Positions 56,991 through 64,000 of a DNA stretch of 64,000 bases are shown here, in pieces. The translations under genes and the position numbers were made by a program. How positions within the stretch are numbered: the first letter of the stretch is position 1; each line of letters starts with the position of its first letter. Source of the DNA: an uncultured Coriobacteriaceae bacterium. Its GTDB lineage: Bacteria > Actinomycetota > Coriobacteriia > Anaerosomatales > Anaerosomataceae. The stretch is taken from positions 2,874 through 66,873 of the forward strand of contig CAZSUO010000001.1 of the NCBI GenBank assembly GCA_964610065.1, given 5' to 3'. The notes below the pieces were generated by a model. The model searched no databases. It was given only the letters and a program-made list of their open reading frames with translations, and had not been told where the DNA came from.

Positions 56991-57020
56991 ATCCTACCTG
57001 CGCGTGATGTCGGGCGTCAA
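56991..57020 (-). promoter_or_regulatory. Sigma-A promoter upstream of the rny leader
   Basis: TTGACG (57020-57015) - 18 nt - TAGGAT (56996-56991). Confidence 0.7.
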
Positions 57021-57064
57021 GCAGACGCCTGTCCTGAGCAGCGGGAACCGATCACCGGGCGGCA

Positions 57065-57718
57065 CTACGGAACATCATCGTGATGATCGTCGGGCGTCGC
57101 CTCCGACGAGATCACGACGCGAGCGGCCGAAAGCGCATCGGCGATCGCGAATCCGCGTCTCACGAGGCGCGCACCAAGGCGATCGACGGTGTCGCCGGGC
57201 CGCACCGCGCGTCGTGCGGCTACAAGGGCCCGGTCACGCTCTCCTTCGGCTGGTGCGTAGGTGTCGACGAGCTCTGTGACCAGATCCTCCCCTAGCCCGG
57301 AGCGACGCAGCGATCGGACTGCACGACCGCGGCCGTAGCCGCGTCCGTCGACCAAGATGCGCGCAGCCTGTTCCGCATAGCGCCTGTCATCGAGAAGACC
57401 GGTATCGAGCAGCCGCTCGACCGTCGTGTCGATCGTGGCCGCCGAGTACCCATCATCCGCGAGACGACCGCGCATCTCTGTCTCCGTGCGCTCCCGGTAC
57501 GCGAGGAGCCGCAGGGCGCGCTCGCGGGCGGCCTGCGGCTCCACTTCGGCGATCTGTGCGGAAAGCTCGTCGAGATCGACGCGGGCGCCGACGTTGAGCC
57601 CGAGGGCGCTCGCGACCGGGCCGGGAACGGCGCGCCAGGAGACACCGTCGATTTCGATCTCTCGACGCTTCACACCCCGACGTGTATGGATCGCGGTTAT
57701 CTCATGCTCGCCGGTCAT
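57065..57718 (-). CDS. recX: Regulatory protein RecX
   Basis: ALRLLAYRERTETEMR, LLDDRRYA, YGRGR, LVRRGF; downstream of recA. Confidence 0.88.
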   Translation of the reverse strand: MTGEHEITAIHTRRGVKRREIEIDGVSWRAVPGPVASALGLNVGARVDLDELSAQIAEVEPQAARERALRLLAYRERTETEMRGRLADDGYSAATIDTTVERLLDTGLLDDRRYAEQAARILVDGRGYGRGRAVRSLRRSGLGEDLVTELVDTYAPAEGERDRALVAARRAVRPGDTVDRLGARLVRRGFAIADALSAARVVISSEATPDDHHDDVP

Positions 57719-57734
57719 GGGATCGGCCTGAGCG

Positions 57735-58820
57735 CTACTTCGCGGCCTTCGGCGACTGCTTGGCGCCGGAGGCAGGCTCGGCGTCTGCCGGCGCGACTGG
57801 TTCGCTGGTGATTCCTGCGCCCCGGGCCCCTGGGAGCCCTAGCTTCTCGCGGATCTGCGCGTCGATGGTGTCACGTAGATCAGCGTGCTCACGCAGGAAC
57901 TCCTTGGCGGCCTCACGACCCTGTCCGAGCCGCTCCTCGCCGTAGTTGTACCAGGCCCCGGACTTCTGCACGATACCCTCTTCCACGCCGAGGTCGAGGA
58001 GGCTGCCTTCTTTCGAGATACCCTGGCCGTACATGATGTCGAACTCCGCCTGCCGGAACGGAGGCGCGACCTTGTTCTTCACGACCTTGGCGCGTACCCG
58101 GTTGCCCACAAGATCGGTGCCTTGCTTGATGGAGTCGATGCGGCGAACGTCGATCCGGATAGACGCGTAGAACTTCAGCGCGCGGCCACCGGAGGTGGTC
58201 TCCGGACTGCCGAACATCACCCCGACCTTCTCACGCAGCTGGTTGATGAAGATGCACGTGGTGTTGGACTTGTTGAGTGAGCCTGCGAGCTTCCGCATCG
58301 CCTGGCTCATGAGCCGCGCCTGCAGACCGACGGTGACATCACCCATCTCGCCTTCGAGTTCAGCACGGGGCACGAGTGCCGCGACCGAGTCGACGACGAT
58401 GACATCGATGGCGCCCGACCGCACGAGCATGTCGGTGATCTCCAGCGCCTGCTCGCCGGTGTCCGGTTGCGAGATGAGGAGGTCCTCGATGTCCACTCCG
58501 AGGCGTGCGGCGTACGCGGGGTCGAGCGCGTGTTCCGCATCGACGAACGCCGCGACTCCCCCGGTGCGCTGGGCTTCGGCGACGATCTGCAGTGCGAGGG
58601 TGGTCTTGCCGGACGACTCTGGACCGTAGATCTCGACGATCCGGCCGCGGGGAACACCGCCGATGCCGAGCGCGGCATCGAGGGCCAGTGAACCGGTGGG
58701 AATGGATTCGATCTGCTGGGTCGCCGCGTGCTCACCGAGGCGCATCAGTGAGCCCTTGCCGAACTTTCGCTCGATCTGCTCGCGCGTGAGGTCGAGCACC
58801 TTTTCCTTGTCCTGCTGCAT
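57735..58820 (-). CDS. recA: Recombinase RecA
   Basis: [45 protein letters not shown]. Confidence 0.98.
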   Translation of the reverse strand: MQQDKEKVLDLTREQIERKFGKGSLMRLGEHAATQQIESIPTGSLALDAALGIGGVPRGRIVEIYGPESSGKTTLALQIVAEAQRTGGVAAFVDAEHALDPAYAARLGVDIEDLLISQPDTGEQALEITDMLVRSGAIDVIVVDSVAALVPRAELEGEMGDVTVGLQARLMSQAMRKLAGSLNKSNTTCIFINQLREKVGVMFGSPETTSGGRALKFYASIRIDVRRIDSIKQGTDLVGNRVRAKVVKNKVAPPFRQAEFDIMYGQGISKEGSLLDLGVEEGIVQKSGAWYNYGEERLGQGREAAKEFLREHADLRDTIDAQIREKLGLPGARGAGITSEPVAPADAEPASGAKQSPKAAK

Positions 58821-58869
58821 GAGTGCCTGCTCCTTATCCGTATGCCGCGACCCCCTGAAGGCTGCATCG

Positions 58870-58898
58870 AACGTACACGAACACGTGTTCGATGTCAA
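58870..58898 (-). promoter_or_regulatory. recA promoter with a LexA box in the spacer
   Basis: TTGACA-N17-TACGTT; CGAACACGTGTTCG at 58878-58891. Confidence 0.9.
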
Positions 58899-59483
58899 TC
58901 AATCGCCCAGGGACATCACCGCGAACCGATCGTACACCGGACCATCCGGTGTGAGTGTCGACGTGTAGAGCATAACCTCGCGCACTGACATCGATCTGTG
59001 GGGCACGGGAACATGTTCAAGGGCCGCGTCCATCGACCGGGCGGCATCCGGCGCGAGGTGACGCGGGCGCCGGGCGCGACAGAGGGTGACATGCGGCGAG
59101 AAGCGTCGTGTCTCAGGCGCCGCCCCTTCGCGTACCACTACATCTTCAATCGAGCGCGCGAGCCGGATCGTGCGGTCGGCGCCGGCCTCCGGAACGGCCC
59201 AGATCATCGAGGCGGACCGCAACCGGGGCACGGCGCGGACCCTATCGATGCTGAGCGTGTACGGCACATGACAGCGTAGTGTGGTGTCGGCCGCCTCGGC
59301 ATACCGGTGCAGGACGCTCTCCGGGATGTCGCCGAGGAACCGCAGCGTCACGTGCAGATTCTCTGGCGACACCCACTTCTCACCGGCCCACGCGGGGTCG
59401 GCGTCCAGGCACGCGCGCCGGCAGTCGCCGAGCGCGCCTGTGATTGCGGGCGTGAGTGCGATCGCGAAGAACGCGCGAGGCAT
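58899..59483 (-). CDS. thpR: RNA 2',3'-cyclic phosphodiesterase (2H family)
   Basis: Two HxT motifs: LHVTLRFLG and FSPHVTL. Confidence 0.9.
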   Translation of the reverse strand: MPRAFFAIALTPAITGALGDCRRACLDADPAWAGEKWVSPENLHVTLRFLGDIPESVLHRYAEAADTTLRCHVPYTLSIDRVRAVPRLRSASMIWAVPEAGADRTIRLARSIEDVVVREGAAPETRRFSPHVTLCRARRPRHLAPDAARSMDAALEHVPVPHRSMSVREVMLYTSTLTPDGPVYDRFAVMSLGD

Positions 59484-60709
59484 CAGCTGTCCAGCAGCGA
59501 ACGCCTGAGCAGGTCGAGGGCGGTGGTCCGTGCCCGGTGTCGTACCATCGCGCGATCGCCGCCGTAGCGATGCATCTCGGTCGAGGTACCACCACCGGCG
59601 TGTGCCACCGCGAACCACACCGTGCCCAGCGGCTTGTCGGGGGTTCCTCCGCCCGGGCCTGCGATCCCGGTGGTGGCGACCGCGCGAGTCGCGCCCGGAA
59701 TCGCCAGCGCGCCACGCGCCATGGCGATCGCCACGGCCTCGGAGACCGCGCCGTGCGCCTCGATGAGCGCCGGATCGACTCCCAGGGCGGCTGACTTCGT
59801 TTCATTGGCGTACGCGACCACGGAGCCTCTGAACACCTGTGATGAGCCAGGCACATCGGTGAGCGCGGCGGCGACCAGACCGCCAGTGCATGACTCGGCG
59901 GTGGCAAGCGACGCACCGGACTCCGCTGCCAGGCGGATGACTGTGGCGGCAAGCGACGACCCGTCGGCGGAGTAACACGCGTCGCCGAGCGCGGAGCGGG
60001 CCGCACGCGTGGCGGCGGTGAGCTCGACATCGTCACCCGTGGAGGATACCAGGATGACATCGACCTCCCCCGGCCCGCCGAGCAGCGTGAGTTCGACCGT
60101 GGGGTACGAGGTGAGCAGCGGCAGCACCGCGTGGCCGGCATCGGACTCGGTGATGCCCACGCACTTCAGTGTGACAGGTGGTGCCGAGGCGACGCGCCCG
60201 CGAAGAACCTCGTGCAACATGGGGCGCATCTCGTGTGGAGGCCCGGGCAGTATCACCAGCGTGTGCCCGGCGTACTCCACGACCTGACCCGGCGCGGTGC
60301 CGGTCGTGGCCGGCAGCACCCGCGCGTCGTCGATCACGTCGGCCTGGTGGAGCAGTGAGATCGCCGACGCGGGATCTCGATGTAGCGAGATGCGCGCGCT
60401 CAGCGCAGCCTCGATCGCCGGGTCGCGTGTGAGGCCGCGCCCCACGACGAGTGCCGCGGCTTCACGCGTGACGTCATCATGGGTGGGGCCGAGCCCGCCC
60501 GTGACGATGACGAGAGCGCGGCGCGATAGCAGTTCGGCAAGCGCCATGACGATGGCGTCGAGGTCGTCGGGAACGGAGACCATCTCGCGGACGCTGTAGC
60601 CGGCGTTCACGAGCGCCAGCGCGACCTCGGCCCCGTTGGTGTCGAGCCGGTGGCCGGTCGTGAGCTCGGTCCCCACCGTGACGACTGCGGCGGTCTCGAG
60701 CGTGCGCAC
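59483..60709 (-). CDS. cinA: CinA (MoCF-binding plus PncC/NMN deamidase)
   Basis: VGTEL, TGGLGPTHDDVT, PGPPHEM, AESCTGG, GAVS, TGIAGP. Confidence 0.93.
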   Translation of the reverse strand: MRTLETAAVVTVGTELTTGHRLDTNGAEVALALVNAGYSVREMVSVPDDLDAIVMALAELLSRRALVIVTGGLGPTHDDVTREAAALVVGRGLTRDPAIEAALSARISLHRDPASAISLLHQADVIDDARVLPATTGTAPGQVVEYAGHTLVILPGPPHEMRPMLHEVLRGRVASAPPVTLKCVGITESDAGHAVLPLLTSYPTVELTLLGGPGEVDVILVSSTGDDVELTAATRAARSALGDACYSADGSSLAATVIRLAAESGASLATAESCTGGLVAAALTDVPGSSQVFRGSVVAYANETKSAALGVDPALIEAHGAVSEAVAIAMARGALAIPGATRAVATTGIAGPGGGTPDKPLGTVWFAVAHAGGGTSTEMHRYGGDRAMVRHRARTTALDLLRRSLLDS

Positions 60710-60710
60710 G

Positions 60711-61331
60711 TTACGCCTCCCGCTCCCACGGACCGGTGAGGATGTCCCGGGCGTGATAGAAGTAGTCGACCATCGACCAGATGGTCATCAGTACCGCAGC
60801 GCCCATGACCAGCCACGAGAGCGTCTGGAACGCTGTGGCCCAGGTCCCGAGCAAATCGTTCAGGAGCGCCGTGTCTTTCAGGAGGAAGCCCACGATGGCG
60901 ACGATCTGCAGGATCGTCTTCACCTTCCCGTGGGACGACGCGGCGATCACGCGTCCCTCGGCGACAGCGACCATTCTGAGTCCGCTCACCACGAGTTCAC
61001 GGCTGATGATCACGAGGGCGATCCATGAGGGCAGCTGCTCGAGGTCGACGAGCGCGATGAGGGCGGCGGTGACCAGCAGCTTGTCGGCGAGCGGATCGAT
61101 GAACTTGCCGAAGGTGGTCACCTGGTTGCGTGTGCGTGCGATGTGCCCGTCGACCGCGTCTGTGGCGGCGAGCGCTGTGAAGATCGCCGCCGCGATCCAT
61201 GGTTGCGTGACGCGCCACCATGAGGGCGGGTCGATGAACGCGGGCCACTCGCCGAGAAGCACCACCAGGAACACCGGGATGAACACCATGCGCAGGATCG
61301 TGATGCGGTTGGCGAGGTTCAGGTCAGGCAT
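60711..61331 (-). CDS. pgsA: CDP-diacylglycerol-glycerol-3-phosphate 3-phosphatidyltransferase
   Basis: NLANRIT, DAVDGHIAR...FGKFIDPLADK; rimO-pgsA-cinA synteny. Confidence 0.93.
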   Translation of the reverse strand: MPDLNLANRITILRMVFIPVFLVVLLGEWPAFIDPPSWWRVTQPWIAAAIFTALAATDAVDGHIARTRNQVTTFGKFIDPLADKLLVTAALIALVDLEQLPSWIALVIISRELVVSGLRMVAVAEGRVIAASSHGKVKTILQIVAIVGFLLKDTALLNDLLGTWATAFQTLSWLVMGAAVLMTIWSMVDYFYHARDILTGPWEREA

Positions 61332-62625
61332 CGGTGACCTCCCCGATCAGATCGTAGCCGAGCGAATCGGTGATCGTGAGTTCCACGAAGTCCCCAACCG
61401 GCACTTCGGTGTCCACCAATGTGACCCCGTCGACATCGGGGGCCTGCCCACATGTTCGGCCGAAGAGCTCGCCATCCTCGTCGAAACCTTCGACGAGGAC
61501 CTTCTGTCGCGTGCCGACCAAGGCGGCGGCGCGCGCGAAACCGATGGAGTCCGCGATGTCTCGAACCCGCTGCGCGCGCTCATCGGCCACCGCGGGTTCC
61601 ACCTGCTCCGGGAGCGAGGCGGCCACTGTGCCCTCCTCCGACGAGTACGTGAAGACACCCACGTAGTCGAGCTCGGCCTCGGCGAGGAACTCCTCGAGGA
61701 CACGTGCGTCATCGTTGGTCTCACCCGGGAAGCCGGTCATGATGGTGGTGCGGAGGACCACGCCGGGAAGAACCGAGCGGACACGGTCCACGAGCGCGAG
61801 ATGAGCCGCGGCGTCTCCGGTGCGGCCCATGGCTGCGAGCACGGGTCCGGAGGCGTGCTGGAGAGGGATATCAAGGTACCGGCAGACGTGCGAGGCGTTC
61901 GCGAGCGCATCGAGCAGCGCGTCGGTCACTCCATCGGGCTGCACGTACATCAGTCGCAGCCGGAAGTCGCCCTCGAGCGCGTCGAGACGCTGTACGAGCA
62001 TCGCGAGGTCCTCCCCCGCGCACAGGTCCACGCCGTACGACGCGATGTCCTGACCCACCAGGACGAGTTCGCGGGCGCCGTGGTCGATCAGCCAGCGGGC
62101 CTCATCGACGAGCGCATCGAGGGGTGCCGACACGAACGGGCCGCGGATAGCGGGGATGGTGCAGTAGGCGCACCGGCGGTCACAACCCTCGCTCACCTTC
62201 AGGTACGCGGTGCTGCCGGGGATGAGCCGGCCGGGGCCTGAGGCCGCCTTCGCGGGGCTGCCGAGCAGCTCCTCAAGGGTGGCGAGCAACCCGCCTTCGG
62301 CGGTCACGGGCAGGAGCGCATCGGCCTCGGACAGCGCGTCACGCAGATCGTCGCCATAGCGCGACGGCAGGCAGCCGGCAACGATGATGCGCCGGCCGGG
62401 CCGTGCCGGACGCCAATCGGTGTGGAGTGAGAAGAACTCCGCGATCGCCTCCTCGGTGGCCGGCTGGATGAAAGCGCAGGTGTTGAGCACGACAGCGTCG
62501 GCGTCGGCGATGTCGTCCACGAGCCGGTACGCCGAGGAGGACACTGCCGCAGCCATGCGGTCAGTGTCGACCTCGTTCTTGGGGCAGCCGAGCGTGACGA
62601 ACGCGATGGCGGGAACCTCGGGCAC
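61324..62625 (-). CDS. rimO: Ribosomal protein S12 methylthiotransferase
   Basis: LGCPKNEVD, NTCAFI, CDRRCAYC, QAPDVDG. Confidence 0.93.
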   Translation of the reverse strand: MPEVPAIAFVTLGCPKNEVDTDRMAAAVSSSAYRLVDDIADADAVVLNTCAFIQPATEEAIAEFFSLHTDWRPARPGRRIIVAGCLPSRYGDDLRDALSEADALLPVTAEGGLLATLEELLGSPAKAASGPGRLIPGSTAYLKVSEGCDRRCAYCTIPAIRGPFVSAPLDALVDEARWLIDHGARELVLVGQDIASYGVDLCAGEDLAMLVQRLDALEGDFRLRLMYVQPDGVTDALLDALANASHVCRYLDIPLQHASGPVLAAMGRTGDAAAHLALVDRVRSVLPGVVLRTTIMTGFPGETNDDARVLEEFLAEAELDYVGVFTYSSEEGTVAASLPEQVEPAVADERAQRVRDIADSIGFARAAALVGTRQKVLVEGFDEDGELFGRTCGQAPDVDGVTLVDTEVPVGDFVELTITDSLGYDLIGEVTDA

Positions 62626-62632
62626 CGCGCGC

Positions 62633-63130
62633 CTACCGGTAGTTCACGAACTGCAGCGGGATGCCGTAGTCGTGTTCCTTGAGGAAGCCGATGACCGCCT
62701 GCAGCTCGTCCCTGCTCGATGAGAAGACGCGCACCTTGTCGCCCTCGATCTGCACCTTCACCTTGAACTTCTCGTCGCGGACTTCCTTGTTGATGCGACG
62801 CGCGATCTCGGCGTCGATACCGTTCACGATCGTGCCCACGACGCGGCTGCTGCCTCCGGAGCCGGTCTCGGCCTTGCCCCACGACACGGCCTTGAGATCG
62901 ATCGAACGCCGGACGAGCTTGGACGACAGGATGTCCTGTACCTGCCCGAGCACGAAGTCACTGGGGGCGCTCACGCTCACGGTGCCGGCGGAGCGGTCGA
63001 AGGTGATGGTCGAGCCGGTATCCTTCAGGTCATAGCGCTGTGTCAGCTCCTTGACCGACTGCTGTACAGCGTTGTCGACTTCCTGCATGTCGACCTGCGA
63101 GACGACGTCAAAACTCTGGTCCTTAGCCAT
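62633..63130 (-). CDS. yajQ: YajQ family nucleotide/c-di-GMP-binding protein
   Basis: SFDVVSQVD.QEVDNA, RYD, RDELQ, PLQFVNYR. Confidence 0.93.
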   Translation of the reverse strand: MAKDQSFDVVSQVDMQEVDNAVQQSVKELTQRYDLKDTGSTITFDRSAGTVSVSAPSDFVLGQVQDILSSKLVRRSIDLKAVSWGKAETGSGGSSRVVGTIVNGIDAEIARRINKEVRDEKFKVKVQIEGDKVRVFSSSRDELQAVIGFLKEHDYGIPLQFVNYR

Positions 63131-63154
63131 CCGATACTCCTATCAGTCGAGCGC

Positions 63155-63922
63155 CTACTCGTCGGCGGCGCTGAGCGTCATTTCGGCGATGCCGCCGGTC
63201 ACAGGGGGGAACTCAACGGCGCGTCCGTCTCGCGTCACGGTGACCGCGGTCGGCTTGCCGGCGCGGATCACCGCCGAGGACGCCACGGTCCAAGACTGCG
63301 GCTGACCGCCGGGAAGCGTTCCTTCATAGGCGACCAGTCCGTCAACGAGCACGCGAACCCAGGACGAGTCGCCCTGTTCGACCGATACCGTGAGCGCAAA
63401 CGCTCCTTCGGGAACGTCCGGGGGTGCCTCGGCGGTTGATCCGACAGAGGGCGTCTCGGTGGTGCTGCCACCGGGAGCGACAGGTGTGGAGGTTGCCTCG
63501 GGTGCGATGGGTGGTGGGGTGTCATCACGACCGGCTAGCGCGGAGATTCCCCACAGCGCGAGTGCGACCACCAGCACCGCGCCCACCACCGCGATGATCG
63601 CCCTGGTGGGGATCGCATGGATCTCATGCCGGTGTGGCACTATCTGCCGGTCGGGTATGTGGCGTGCAGGCGTCCGGACTGCGGGAGGCGCCGCTGAGAT
63701 GTCTTTCTGGTACTCCTCGAGGAGCGGCGCGGCGTCGACGCCGAGCGCATGGGCGTAGTTCTGGATGTAGCCCTTCACATACGGCGGCGCGGGGAGTTCA
63801 TCCCACCGCTCGTTCTCAAGGGCCTCGAGCATGCGCCCCATGATCTTGGTCGAAGCCACGACTTCGGCGAGCGTCTTGGCTTGCGAACGGCGCTCAGCGG
63901 CAAGTTTCTTACCGACCGGCAT
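63155..63922 (-). CDS. RodZ-like HTH-TM-DUF4115 protein
   Basis: HTH with LEALE...LP...YVKGYIQNYA; TM; SWVRVLVDG domain. Confidence 0.85.
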   Translation of the reverse strand: MPVGKKLAAERRSQAKTLAEVVASTKIMGRMLEALENERWDELPAPPYVKGYIQNYAHALGVDAAPLLEEYQKDISAAPPAVRTPARHIPDRQIVPHRHEIHAIPTRAIIAVVGAVLVVALALWGISALAGRDDTPPPIAPEATSTPVAPGGSTTETPSVGSTAEAPPDVPEGAFALTVSVEQGDSSWVRVLVDGLVAYEGTLPGGQPQSWTVASSAVIRAGKPTAVTVTRDGRAVEFPPVTGGIAEMTLSAADE

Positions 63923-63939
63923 GACGACACCCTCTCGCT

Positions 63940-64000
63940 CTACTGATCATCGGCGCGCTCTTCGCGCTCGAAGTGCTTCAGGGCCTCGAGCTCGCCAACA
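63940..64000 (-). CDS. C-terminus of an upstream gene (possibly FtsK, by synteny only)
   Basis: Open frame ...VGELEALKHFEREERADDQ* ending at 63940; ftsK-rodZ-rimO order is common. Confidence 0.4.
   Translation of the reverse strand, partial: VGELEALKHFEREERADDQ

Noticed and set aside
1..64000. CRISPR arrays, tRNA/rRNA genes, transposases, integrases, prophage and defence genes
   Set aside because: None recognised by eye; intergenic spaces are short and accounted for

Overview
High-GC chromosomal window made almost entirely of housekeeping genes. Gene content and synteny (RNase Y, SpoVS, DapL, split GcvPA/PB, IorAB, GarA/MerR next to gcvH, CGAAC-N4-GTTCG SOS boxes) suggest an anaerobic, deep-branching actinobacterium, probably Coriobacteriia-like (inference). 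Genes run mostly on + from 3.6 to 37.9 kb and on - from 38.2 to 64 kb. They converge on an AT-rich 28-bp dif-like site (38032-38059), so the window probably spans the replication terminus. I found no CRISPR, tRNA, rRNA or transposase. Best leads for undescribed biology: (1) a ~275-nt highly structured, switch-like RNA leader upstream of rny; (2) an RNA-processing/modification run, rny - orphan GHKL ATPase - spoVS - PHP - miaB - Memo/AMMECR1 fusion - miaA; (3) scattered c-di-GMP receptors: a single-motif RsiG-like anti-sigma, a degenerate GGDEF protein with an intact I-site downstream of a pilin, a two-gene pgaD/pgaC-like locus and YajQ; (4) a PD-(D/E)XK-like protein coupled to hpt; (5) an attenuator-like leader upstream of mltG; (6) tandem secreted paralogs with constant and variable halves. 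All calls come from motif recognition and folding by eye; no database searches were run.
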